The position numbers and the translations under genes were made by a program. Below the pieces are notes generated by a model that saw nothing but the letters and a program-made list of their open reading frames with translations, was not told where the DNA came from and ran no database searches. This document shows, piece after piece, positions 51,600-64,000 of a DNA stretch of 64,000 nt (position 1 is its first letter; the number at the start of each line of letters is the position of its first letter). This DNA comes from Eledone cirrhosa. Taxonomy: Eukaryota. The stretch lies in contig CAXHJY010001675.1 in assembly GCA_964016885.1 (NCBI GenBank), positions 1 through 64,000 on the forward strand, given 5' to 3'.

Positions 51600-52300
51600 A
51601 CAATCCTGACGACAGTGACATCAATGTTAATATTCAGAACTTGACCAAAAACACCCAGTTCAAATACCTAGGTTCACTGATGTTCGAATGCGTGTTAATG
51701 TTGCATGACTGAAGTAGAGACAAATGTCTGGAGTTCTCTGTGATCGGAAGACAAACCTGTCAACTCTCCCCTTCCGACGGGGAAATCTCCCACCCACTTT
51801 AGAGTGGGTGAGAGATAATGGGTATAGCTTTCATTATGTAAAATCTCCCCATTTTGCCTTATTTCTCCCCGTTTCGAGGCACTTGTTTTCGTGGGTTTTT
51901 AGAGGTTGGCAGGTTTGCAGAAGATGCCTATTCATTTAAGACGGGAATGCACCCACCAGTGTCGCTTGTCGAGCAACTGAGAAATATCAACAGACCCGCC
52001 ATGGAAATGCGGATATTACATTGAGCGTTGTGGGTTGATTAGACAAGACTAGACGACATCAAAAACGTATATAAGCTGGTGGTCGTAGAGGTGACCTCCG
52101 ATGTTATGGACACGTGAAACGCAGTGATGAACAATCGGTAACCCATACAGCTTTCAGAATCAGATTAACGATCGACGACCACGGCGTTGGTTGAATTGAT
52201 TGAGAGAAGATATGTGACATTCAATATTTGTCATGGGACACCCTCGACTATGGTCACTGAAAGAAGGAAGGCAGAAAATGGATCCCATTCATGGAATAAA
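51600..52300 (+). mobile_element. Decayed RTE fragment interrupted by a MITE
   Basis: FKYLGS, SGVLCDRK|MP and YGHVKR remnants. Confidence 0.6.
51752..51917. mobile_element. 166-bp MITE with 7-bp target duplication
   Basis: TIR CAAACCTGTCAAC / GTTGGCAGGTTTG; flanks CGGAAGA / CAGAAGA. Confidence 0.78.
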
Positions 52301-52899
52301 GCAGATTTGATGTATTTTGCCTTATGCTCTAACGATTCGGCCAATCCGTTTCCAGCAAGAAGAAAAAATAACAAAAACAACACAAAGATGCAATACACTA
52401 ACCACAGATACACTTGGGAAATTAGAGTACTCTCCTGTCCCTGCAATCTAAGCCTGAAGCCAATCAAATATTCTAAAAACGAACGAAATAAAACAGGGAG
52501 CTACATTCATCTGCTTACAGTTCACATGGGTAATTTCCGGTTGAAAGAAATATAAACAAATTAGCATTCCAATATTCTTTATTATATTTTTTTCCGAAAA
52601 ACCTGCCAGAAAGAAATGTTTAAATTTACTTCTCTTTTATAGTACACAAATTTATTCATTTGTAAACTTCAATAATTGATATTTTGCTGGCGCAGACTAT
52701 CTACTTGTTTTCTCAGTCTTTCTTTTATAATTTACTTCAAACATACAATTCCTTCCAACCCACCTTTACATTATAACATTATAACCCTCCACCCCGAATC
52801 AGTAGCAAGCAGTTGATAACGCCTATGTGAATCCAGTAGTTACTGTATAATTATTAATAAACGGCCATTATTGTTCAATAATCATTTATTTTGTATATG

Positions 52900-53257
52900 A
52901 CTGCCAGAACGACTACAGTTTCTGTTTTCGAACGGACGTCATAGCAAGTGTCGTGCTATGTGCAACGAGTAATACATCGCTACTAATAGTAAACACTAGT
53001 GTAAGATTGCAAAAGTATCTAGAGTGGTATCCCAACGACTGACTGCACCAATTGTGGGAACGTGATGATGATTGTAAGATTCGAAATTTAACGAAAGTAA
53101 TGAAGTATTTGTGACATCTATTTGTTACCACACGGTGAAAGGGGCTGAAACGAATGACGTAACACACACTAATAAATGACGCAAAACGCACTCTGTGGTT
53201 AATTGGAGGAAATAACAACAGTCGTGTCGAGATTCTCCTATCCATGACGAGGTAAGT
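52900..53257 (+). promoter_or_regulatory. CpG-rich putative promoter/first exon with donor GAG|GTAAGT at 53252
   Basis: Local CpG enrichment and a perfect donor consensus; no downstream exon recognised in the window. Confidence 0.4.
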
Positions 53258-55454
53258 CCTGTTGACTTTTCCACCTTTTTTTTATGTTTATAATTATCTT
53301 CGAAAACACTCTTCGTGTACCTCTACTAATTAGATTAGTTTAGCTTGCAAACGATATATTTGTTGTGAAATTTACGAAGCTTTATAGCTACACAGATTTT
53401 TATGCCAGGTTTCTTGTCATCGTCGTTGTTGTTGTAGAAGCTGCTGCTAGAAAATAAACAGAACACTATGATCGATTTGTTTACTTTTGAATACGTGATG
53501 TATATTTGATTTTATTTTTATTTCATAGTATCGTTAAATATATATCTTATATAGTTTCACATATTAATTTGTGATTGTAGTTAGAAGAAACATGGCCCTT
53601 GTCTATTTATGATGATTCGTCATCGTCTGGCGTGAGAGAGACTGATGTGACGGAGAGAAAAAGAATTTGAGAGTAGACTACCTGTGCGATGAGTAACAGG
53701 GCCACTAAATTGTTTTTAACTCCTTTCAGGCATCTCACGTCGACGTTCTTTTTCTCCCCAGTTTCTTTCCCTTTTACAATATAACGAATTGTGCCCTTTT
53801 TTGTAAATTTATCCCCCCCCCCCACCCTCAGATTGAGGTTAAAAGCTGGACCTCTTATCAGTATAACGAATCTAATGTTATGGTGGATGGTTGTGATGGC
53901 GTTGTGTGTGTACTCAACTTGTGGATTGCTCAATGATGTGGTCATTGTTGCGTAGAGTGTAGGCGGAGGTAGTTTAATGTGTCTGTGCGTGTGTGACCAG
54001 AGATTGCGGGTGTGCAAGTAAGCGAGTAACATTGTTCCTAATGATGATGATGATGATGATGATGTGAAGATTCCTTGGGTAAGTGATTTACCCTAATCAC
54101 ATTGGTAATGATATATAAAAACCACAATAACACAGAACCACTATGTTAATACTTTAATAAATATAACTTTCATCGAAGTTATAATGACAATACACGAAGA
54201 ACAAATAACAGTTGAATTGCGTGATGTTATGAATCAGATGTGATGTGTATACGTGAATGCTATAGTAGTCTGAAAAGATGCTGTTGTTAAAATCGAACGA
54301 GAGCATGACTGTCTCGGCCTGCTGGCCGAAGTGAATATCTTTGACAACTACATTGTTCTGGTCACTGGAACAAACTACTGATCTGACAGCTGGACAGCAA
54401 AGGGCGGACTATTTTATGACGATAGCGTTACTCCTGGCAATCTGCAGTTGGCCTCCAGAAAATCATTCCTCCAGATAACCTGGTGACACTAGTCCCAAAC
54501 AAAGGAACCAAATATCTGAGGCCAAAAGGTCAGTATGTGTGGTCGCAATGACCTACCTACCTAACCAACATAGGAACAAAAGTTGCTGTCAGTCTGGTTG
54601 CATTCGCTACATCAGAACCTTATATCATGCATTTAAAAAATTGAACCTACTACCATAGTTCTTTTTTTTTTTTATCAAATGAATTATCGTTAGTTTTAAG
54701 CTAAATATCTGAATATTATTTTGCTTTTCCTTTAAAATGCGATTTTGTTTTTTGTATATGTAACTGAAAGACAACGCCCCCCCCCCTCCTCCGATTACAG
54801 TGGAAAATATTTTTTTTGTGTGTTATCATAAAATGAAGGTTGAAGAGGGGGGACAGTCGGACTCTTCCCTTCCCCCTGATTTAGCGTTGGGGTTGGGAGT
54901 AAAGAAAACTTCGGGAGAGGGTATGTCCTAGGATTCCCCTTTTCCAGGGAAAAAAATTCTTTGCACTTTATTAGGAGGTAAATTTAATTTATAGCACGCG
55001 AAAAAAATGAGTAAAAAATTTATTCCCCACTGAAATCGGGGGTCGAAAAGTCTTAGAGTTCCGCCTCACCCCTCCCTTCTCCGGGGAAAAGTCTTTTGCA
55101 ATACTATCCGGAAAAAAAAGAAGATAAGAACGGTCCATCTGGAACACCTTTGATAGTAAATCAGCTCCATTGATCAGAATTAACCTGGGACTAAACAATA
55201 ATATTTCTCCATAGACAGCCAAAACATACCTCTGAAATATATATTAGCATAATCACATTATCAAAGCACAACTTTTGGGTGTATCTCTAGCAATGCTCTC
55301 TGTTAATCCCCCTTTGTAATACAGGTTTTAGTTCCATGATGAGTGAAAAACTGTGAACTTGGAGTAGCAATAGAGAATAATCTCAACATTATAATAAGCA
55401 TAAGTATAATAAATATTAATGGACTTATGTAACATCTGCTGTATCTAATTAGAT

Positions 55455-56895
55455 ATTTAACAGAGCTTTGATGAGTTTGGCTTTGTGCCAGGGAGAGGTG
55501 CTTCTGATGCTGTCACCCTACTGTGACAACTGCAAAAGTACTTAGCTAGAAACATGCTCCTATACTTATCATTCATCAGTCTGGAAAAGGCTTTGACAAA
55601 GTTCCACATTTTGTAATCTGGAGAAGTTACAGTTGGCTGAATGACTTTTAAGGGCCATACAAGCCATATAGAAGGTACAGTCAAAGGGTGAGAGTTGGCA
55701 ATGATTTCAGCTTAGTCTGCAGTCTTCCATACCTTAACAGAGTAGTTTTAAGACATGCTGTCTGTGGAAACTCCTGTATGGTGATGACATAGTCCATATA
55801 ACAAAATCTGTAGAAGAAATTTCAAACATGGAAGCAAAACCTGGAATAAAAAAAAGCCTGAAAGATTAAAGAGGTATAGTGGAATCAGGTAGGCTGTCAG
55901 AGAAGATAAACTTCATTTGTGGCAGATGCACAAGTCTAGTTAGCAACAAGAATAGATGTGAAATATAAATTCCTCGAAATGCCCAGAAGACTCACTAAGC
56001 GTAGTTGATAGATTTTGCTACCCGGGAGATAGAAGAAATGAATGTACCAAAAGCATAATAGCTAGAATGAGAATGGAGTAAAAAATGTTCAGGAAGAGAC
56101 ATGGGCATTACGTACAGAGGACCTGAGCAGACTGGAAAGGAACGAAGCATGCATGCTCCGTTGGATGTGTAACAGTAATATACGTGAACGGCAAAGCATA
56201 AATGAACTAAGTGAGAAATTAGGAATAAGAGGGATCAGATGCTGTTTACTTGAGAGAAGACTAGGTTGGTATGGCCATGTGATGCGCATGAAAGACGACA
56301 GCTGTATAAAAAAGTGCAGGGCGATCAAAATTGATGGTAGTTACGGAGTAGGTAGACCCAGAAAAACCTGGGACAATCTGATAAATTCCGACCTTACACA
56401 CTTGCACCTCTCTAAGACAATGTCACTGGACCGAGATCTTTGGCGCTACGCTGTAATACAGAAGACCCACTTGCCTATGTACAAAGCGAAACCTACAGTC
56501 AGTAGGCATCTCTTAACCAAATATACACCCCAATCCACTACCCCTACCATATCCTCCCACTCCCACCAACACCACCCTCTCTCTGTAAAGTTGGTACCAC
56601 AACATCCAGTCCAAATAAATAAGATAATGAGATCGAGATCATGTAGGTGTCACGAGAAAAAAAACACAGTCCACGCTGTAATGTGGCCGTGTAGGTAACA
56701 TGGTAAAAAGTTCCCAGTTCCACACTGTAAATGTGGTTGGTGTTAGGAAGGGCATCGGGCCGTAGAAACCCCGCCAGATAGTCCTATATGAGCGAGACAC
56801 GGTCACCCGACCAACCTTGCCTCAAGTGGGACAACTCCCGTCTAACCCATGCTAGCCTGGAAAATGGATGTTAAACGAAGATGATGAGATGATGA
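55455..56895 (+). mobile_element. Decayed RTE RT region followed by a younger RTE 3' end (56090-56895)
   Basis: FGFVPG and LEKAFD remnants; MLRWMCNSNIRE...WYGHVMRM; UTR and GAT tail. Confidence 0.88.
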
Positions 56896-57834
56896 AACTG
56901 TTATCTCTGTTGGCAACCAAGAGTTTCTCTCCTAGAGTGAAGAACAGATTATATGATGGTTGTGCAAACTGTGATGCTGCAAGATAGTGAGATGTGAGCC
57001 TTGAAAGAAATCAAGGGAGCATGCTTTGTTGGGTGTGTAATGTTAGTGTGCATAAAAATGGAGCACTAATGAGATGAGAAAATATATATATAAAAGGAAA
57101 TTAGATGTAGTGTACAAGAAAGAGAATTGTGCTAATATGGGTATATGATGCACATGGAAGATATCAGTTGCATGAAAATGTGCCAAGTCCTTGAAGTGGA
57201 TAGAACCCGTAGAAGATGGAGACTAAAGCAGGACAAAATAGTGAGGACAGACATTAAGAAGTTCAACCTCATGAAGGAGATAACACAAGACAGTGGTGAC
57301 CGAGATAACACACAGTACCAAAGAAGACTCAATGCAAGCATAGCAAAATGGGCGTTAATATAGAGATAAAGACTAAGATCAGGCCTCTTGTTCATTATAA
57401 TCCTGTTAAGTCTCCATCTACTGCTCTTTTCATTACCCCTCCATCTATCACCCCCTGTTCTATTCATTGTACCCTGCTGACAAGAGAGGACATTTCACCT
57501 CCTATTATTATCACTCTACCTCTCTCTCACCATCACTCCTCTACCACCACACCTCCAACCATTATCATTATAGTTTCTCACCAATTCTCTACCACTTTAC
57601 TTAACTACTATCACAATACCTGTGTAATGTGGAATGGCATTAGACCTGTCCATATTCAGTACTGTCACCCTCATTTACCACTTTCTCTTACTATCACACA
57701 TATCTCTTGATATCCATTTCTTTTATGATCATTGATACCCATATTTTTTTATACCTGTTAGTCATGTGTGTCCATATTCAATACCACTACCCTCTACTAC
57801 TACTAGCCATACATCTCTCCATGAGACTCTAAGC

Positions 57835-57973
57835 CAGAGTTTCTAAAAAACATTATATACTATATACTATTATATCGTCTCTACAGCCCACCATCTCCCC
57901 CTTAGGCCCCAGCGCCCCCCTGGACCTTCTCAAGACCTCTGGGTCACAGTAGTGCCCACTTTGAGAACCTCTG
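57835..57973. mobile_element. hAT-type MITE
   Basis: Perfect 8-bp TSD CTCTAAGC (57827-34 and 57974-81); ends CAGAGTTTCTAAA / TTGAGAACCTCTG. Confidence 0.85.
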
Positions 57974-58669
57974 CTCTAAGCTATCATTTACAATTCTTAC
58001 TTATTGTCACTTTTTGTGTAGTTCTCCATCACTAGCTTTTTCCTGTTATGACCCATCCCTATTCCTGTCCTATTACATTGCTCATGTTATTTTCTACTCA
58101 ACACCCTTTCAATTACAAAACCTTATATACACATAGAAATTGTACATATTTATTACTCTAGATTTGCAGATAATGAATTCTTGAGTACAAAGATCATTTT
58201 TATTAATCATTTAGTGTAAAACCTACATTAAAAATTCAATGCTGCTATTTTGTGTTAGTGACTTTTATATTGAAAGAAACTTGACCCAATAAAGAACAAT
58301 TTTACTGAAGAATGAGAGAGGGAGATGTTTTAAATAATTAAAATAATTAAAACAATAAATAACCCTTGTCCTGTTCTTAAATTACAACCCATGGCTCAAC
58401 TGGGACAGTCAATATTTCAATTACTTGAATTTATTGATCACATTATCTTGATACAAATAAACTGTTTTGTTTTTCTTTTAAAGACAAACATAAAAAATAG
58501 GTACAAAACAAAACACAAATACTCAAAATGGAAGACCACCTGCATATGTGAGTATTATACTCACACAATCCCTTTCATAACCTGACAGTCAGATGCCCTT
58601 TTTCATACCAACCTGATGTTTTTATTATTATTAATAAGGTTTAACCGCTAAGCAGCAGGTTCTCTGTTT

Positions 58670-59145
58670 TAGTGGACACCTTGCTTCCCTGGGCTTGGAT
58701 ACATTGAAGCTCCGACGTCTGGCAACTGACTTGGTAAACACCCACAAAATTATTAACCATCTCGCCCACAACAACCCTGAGTACCTTTTTGATTTCCATG
58801 TGTCTAACACATGTGGACATACTCACAAAGTCAGAAAACAGCACAGCTCCCATGACTTTCGGAAACATTTTTTCACGCTCAGAGTTGCTGAAGCATGGAA
58901 CAAACTACTTGCATCAGTTGTTAGCTGTCGAGACACTGCATCCTTTAAAACCTCCATGCTTCCTGAGATTCGCCAACACTACACCTAATGTTCCCTCTCC
59001 AAACACACACACACATGTATATCATGACTCATACACAGTTCACTTCCCTGACATTTGTATATTATTGTATGTACTATACATGCACCTTTGACGAGTTGTA
59101 GTGCACCTGAGCACTGTACACAATAATTTCATTATTATTATTATA
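58670..59145 (+). mobile_element. CR1 LINE 3' fragment
   Basis: LKLRRLATDL...HFFTLRVAEAWNKL; (ATT)n tail. Confidence 0.9.
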
Positions 59146-59781
59146 AGTAAAGTACCAGTAATACACTGGGTGATTGCTGGCCTTGTGCCAAAAGTAGAAA
59201 CAATTATTATTATAAACAAATATTACCACCTGTGAATATTCAACATGAAGAGACAAACAAACATAGAAACATAGACTTGCATGCATACACACACATACAT
59301 GCACATGGTTCAGAGGGGAGATTTATCTTTATTATAGGTTTCACATCATGGTTAGAACAGGGCAGCAGCTATTAACTACCCAACAGGTAGTTTAAATAAT
59401 AGATTATTAAGATTTTTGCATAGTTACAATAATTAAAAATCTCTATCATCATCATCATCATTAATTTATTTCTTCCGTGGTCTGGATAGTTTGCAGTATG
59501 TTTTTTTTTTTCAGTCCTCTTCTCATCTATTAGAGCTCACATTATTCATACAAATGGTTAGAACTTACAATTATTTTAAAAAGAGAGAGAGAAAGATGAG
59601 ACCCTACAATTGTCTCAATCCATTATTGACTTAGTGTTCTCAGTTTTTTTTTTAGTTTTGTATGTTCTTTTATGTTACTAGTAGAACAGTGGCATCAATA
59701 ATGACTGCAATGGCATTGAATCTAATCAATTTTTTGGAGTCCAGGATTCTTATGTCACATAAACCAGCATTAATAGATATA

Positions 59782-60870
59782 TAATAATAATAATGAAATT
59801 ATTGTGTACAGTGCTCAGGTGCACTAAAACTCATCAAAGGTGCATGTATAGTACATAGAATAATGTACAAATGTCAGGAAAATGAACAGTGTATGAGTCA
59901 TGATATAATAATGATAACAATAATGAAATATTGTGTACAGTGCCCAGGTGCACCACAATTCATCAAAAAAGTGCATGTACAGTACATAGGACAATGCACA
60001 AACATCAGTAAAATGAACAGTGCACGAGTCATGATACACACGTGTGCATGTGTATGGAAGGGGTACATCAGGTGTAGTTTTGGCGTATTTCGGGAAGCAT
60101 GAGTGTCTTAAAGGATGCAGTGTCTCGGCAGCTAACAATTGACGCAGGCAGTTTGTTCCATGCTTCAGCAACTCTGAGCGTGAAAAAATGTCTACGAAAG
60201 TCATGGGAGCTGTGCTGTTTTCTGATCTTGTAGGCATGTCCACGTGTGTTAGACACATGGAGATCAAAGAGGCGCTCAGGGTTGCAATTGGCGAGATGGT
60301 TAAAAACTTTGTGGGTATTCACCAAGTCCATTGCCAGACGTCGGAGCTTCAATGAATCCATGCCCAGGGAAGCAAGGCGTTCAGAGTATGGTAGGTGTCT
60401 GATGGAGGGTATGCGCTTGGTTGCATGTCTCTGAACAGTTTCCAGGAGGTCAATGTTCTGAGCAAGATAGGGGTTCCAGACTGATGATGCGAATTCCAAG
60501 TGTGGTCGTACCATAGCTGTATACAGTTTTAAATAAATGGCTGGAGAGCGGCTAACAAAGGTCTTGCTGAGTGATGCCAAGACACCCTCGGCCTTCTTGA
60601 CAATCTTAGAGACATGCTTTGTCCAACGCAAATCGTTGCTGACAGTAATGCCCAGGTCACGTTCACAAGAGGACTTTTTGATATCAGTGTTGTGGAGGGA
60701 GTATGTGGACGCTGGATTTTTCCTTCCAAAATGCATGGTGGTACACTTGTCCACAGCCAGCTTCAGTTGCCAGTCTGTGATCCATTGCTGCATTGTGTCC
60801 AGGTCTGATTGTAGGAAAGAGTTGTAAATTTCAGGATCAGTCCTTTTGATTTCAAGGTACAGCTTGATGT
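59782..60870 (-). mobile_element. CR1-clade LINE, 5'-truncated, with a duplicated 3' tail
   Basis: 270-aa ORF LQSDLD..W..WQLKL..DKC, ERDLGI, VRPHLEFASSVWNPY; two tandem tails (59782-59905 and 59906-60067). Confidence 0.93.
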
Positions 60871-62103
60871 GAACAATCATACAAACTGAAAAATTTGTGA
60901 TTTGATAAATTACTAATTTGTATAAGAGAAACCCTATAGTTTATGTTGATTACTGACATGTAGAAGTGATTTAACCTTTTAGCATTTAAACCGGCCATAT
61001 CTGGCCAGAATTCTCTCACCTCTTTCTGTTCAAACCAGCCGCTAATACTGATGTTAAGGTCTTGTTTTCAAATTAAATAATATCAAAATCTCATAGATTC
61101 GATTTTATGTGAGATAATCGTGTGAGGTAAAGCCTTTACTGTGAATATATAATAGTAAATATAGAGTAATGTAAATGCTAAAGGATTGTGGTAAAAATGC
61201 TATTCTAATAATTTATTTATAGGATATAATTAAATAAATGTTCAACATATATATATATAAAAATGACATTAATTGTATGAGTAACTTTGGAGAAATAACT
61301 ATTTATAGGGATAAATGTAGGGTTAGAACCCTGGACTTTGTGATTGGAAAACAAACTCATTTTTGTTGCAGCATGACTAAGACAGGAAATACATCATATT
61401 ATCGTTGGGATTATACCTTGTCTAAAATGAAAAAAAAAAGATTGGCACCATATTATGAATATAATCATAGAATAAGCATGTTTATAGTCATTCTTTATTA
61501 ACATAATGCCAATGTTTAATATTTTCATGCATTCTTCCTAAATCAATTTTATATGCATAATTTGTGCAACCTATGCTTACATGGATAAACAAACGTTAAA
61601 TGATGATAATGATGATGATGAAAAAACACTACATTTAAGCATATTGATACATTTTACATATATTATATATGTTCATAAACATATTTCTTATGGTATAAAC
61701 ACATCCTAGCTTGCGCTCTTTAGAGACCTATCATGTAAAATCCAGGCATGTATTTGTGTGTGTGTTTGTATATATCTATAAGCAGTTCTGTATGAGCAAG
61801 ACACAGTGACCTGATCTGACTTGTCTCACAACTCGTCTAACCCATTATACTGCATCTCATCTAATTTGACGCTTTCTCTAATCAGTTGCGCTAATATTCT
61901 CTCTGCCACTTTCATAACCTGATCCATCAGCTTTATGTCCCTATAATTGCTCCTCTCTAGAGCATCCCCTTAACCAAAGTAGCAATTTATGAGAATACTG
62001 CTGTATGTATATATATATATGTATAGATGTATTTTTATTATTATCATTATTATTATATATATATATATGTATGTATGTATATATATATATATATGTGTAT
62101 GTG

Positions 62104-62695
62104 CTGGTGCTACTGGTAACATGTATCCCAGTACAACCTGTCTCATGGTCGGGTCGTTGGCGACTAAACTGGCAACCCCACCAAGGTTTCTTGGTGAGGA
62201 GGGTGACTTTGGACATCCTGCAGGACTAAAAACAAAACCTGTCAAACGGCAAAGGAGTTCTTAAGAGTCAATGGCCATCCAAAATCACCGGGAGAGATGA
62301 CCCCTTAGCCTTTGTCAAGGCAGAATTCTAGAAGGAAAACTCTGATATAACACCTGCAACCCTGATGGTATCCAATGATGTTGACTTATTCTTCCCTTTG
62401 GTAAATATCATCTTGGTTAAGAGAGTGGGACTGGCTTTGTGCAGTGCCTTTGCTCACTATAAAAGCTTCACGGCACAGGCATTGCTTTATATCTGGAGAT
62501 CTCTCTGCACTTGTCGTCACATGGTACCAAGGGCCCAGCACTATGTGTCAATGATTGTCACAAGTGTAGTGTTTGTACCAGAGTTTTCAAGTCGCTGGCT
62601 GGACTAAAAAGTCACACTCGTTCAGCGCATCGATAGGGGTTCTCCTACATGGATATAAAGTAGTGGCCGTACTCGAAAACGAGTTGGCAGCCACC
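62104..62695 (+). mobile_element. Bipartite RTE-derived element, copy 2
   Basis: Near-identical to 1645-2238; flanked by TA/TATG microsatellite. Confidence 0.72.
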
Positions 62696-62798
62696 ATATG
62701 TGTATGTATATATATATGTATGTATGTATGTATATATGTATGTATGTATATATATATATGTATGTATATATATATATGTATGTATGTATATATGTATG

Positions 62799-62853
<55 letters not shown>

Positions 62854-62921
62854 GTATATATATATATATATATATATATGTATCTATGTATGTATGTATA
62901 TATATGTATATATATGTATGT

Positions 62922-63932
62922 ATCATCATCATCATCATCATCAACGTTTAACGTCCGTGTTCCACGCTTGCATGGGTTTGGACGGGGGTATTCCCACTTG
63001 AGGCAAGAGTGATTGTCTTGCTCGCATAGGACTGTCTGGCAGGTTTTCTACAGTTGGATGCCCTTCCTAACACCAACCACATTTACAGTGTGGGACTGGG
63101 AGGTTTTTACCGTGTTGCCTACACGGCCACATTACAGCGTGGACTGTGTGTTTTTGTCATGACACCTACACGATCTCATTTGTTTCGGCCTGGATGTTGT
63201 GGCACCAACATAACTTTACATAGGAGGGGGTGGTGTGGGTGGTGGGACGGGGGTGTATTTTGTTAGAGATGCCTACTGGCTGTAGTAGGTTTTACTATGT
63301 ATTTAGGTAAGGCGGGTCTTCTCTATTACTGAGTACCGCCAAAGGTCTCGGTCCAGTGACATTGTCTTGGAGAGGTGTAAGTGTGTGAAGTCGGAGTTTA
63401 TCAGCTCGTCCCAGGATTTTCTAGGTCTGCCTATTCCGTGGCTACCGTCTATCTTTATTGCCCTGCACTTTGTTATACAGCTATCGACTTTCATGCGCAT
63501 CACGTGTCCGTACCAACGTAGCCTTCTCTCGAGTAAACAACATCTGATCCCTCTTATTTCTAATTTTTTCCTTAGTTCGTTTATGCTTTGCCGTTCACGT
63601 ATATTACTATTACACGTCCAGCGGAGCATGCAAGCTTCGTTCCTCTCTAGTCTGCGTATATCCTCTGCGCACAATGCCCAGGTCTCACTGCCATGCAACA
63701 TTGCTGTTCATATGCAGGCATCATACAACCTGCCTTTCATTTTTAGGGAGAACCCTCTAGCGGCTAATAGTGGTATAAGCTCTCTGAACTTTTTCCACCC
63801 AGTTCTGACTCTAGCTACTGTACTTTCGGAGCACCCTCCCCCACTGCTGATTTTGTCACCCAGGTAACGGAAGCTGTCCACTATTTCTATAGAGCCCTCT
63901 GCGCAATTGAAAGAGTTAGTATTTTGTGGGCA
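62922..63932 (-). mobile_element. Young 5'-truncated RTE with complete 3' UTR and (GAT)n tail
   Basis: MLHGSETWAL...KTRLT-stop; UTR near-identical to 7540-7937. Confidence 0.93.
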
Positions 63933-63934
63933 TG

Positions 63935-63965
<31 letters not shown>

Positions 63966-64000
63966 GTATATATATGTATGTATATATATATATATATATG

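Noticed and set aside
54063-54611. Possible solo LTR (TG...CA)
   Set aside because: No TSD and no second copy in the window.

Overview
Eukaryotic, AT-rich, repeat-dense DNA. It is most likely a coleoid cephalopod (octopus); this is inferred from the clustered single-exon C2H2 zinc-finger genes, the RTE-LINE/SINE families with (GAT)n tails and the very large (TA)n microsatellites. Bases 1-11.3 kb are mostly compound (TA)n microsatellite with embedded retroelement pieces, so the long Y/I/M/C ORFs there are artefacts. Host-like genes: three tandem C2H2 ZNF ORFs (17279-18397, 24572-26518, 37083-37907) plus relics, and an intronless aldo-keto reductase (46945-47916, minus) lacking the catalytic Tyr and His. 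Mobile DNA: a near-full-length RTE LINE (APE, RT, PHD-like finger) and many fragments, a decayed but complete Gypsy LTR element, CRE, CR1 and BovB-like LINE pieces, SINEs, and MITEs with recognisable target-site duplications. Highlights: (1) the third ZNF gene lies inside ~180-bp imperfect terminal inverted repeats flanked by a ~20-bp direct repeat, i.e. a candidate ZNF-carrying transposon; (2) several Penelope-type minimal hammerhead ribozymes, two duplicated in long palindromes and one with a compensatory U3-A8 core; (3) the pseudo-enzyme AKR; (4) a five-finger ZNF module present three times; (5) a bipartite non-autonomous RTE element in two near-identical copies. All alignments and folds were done by eye.
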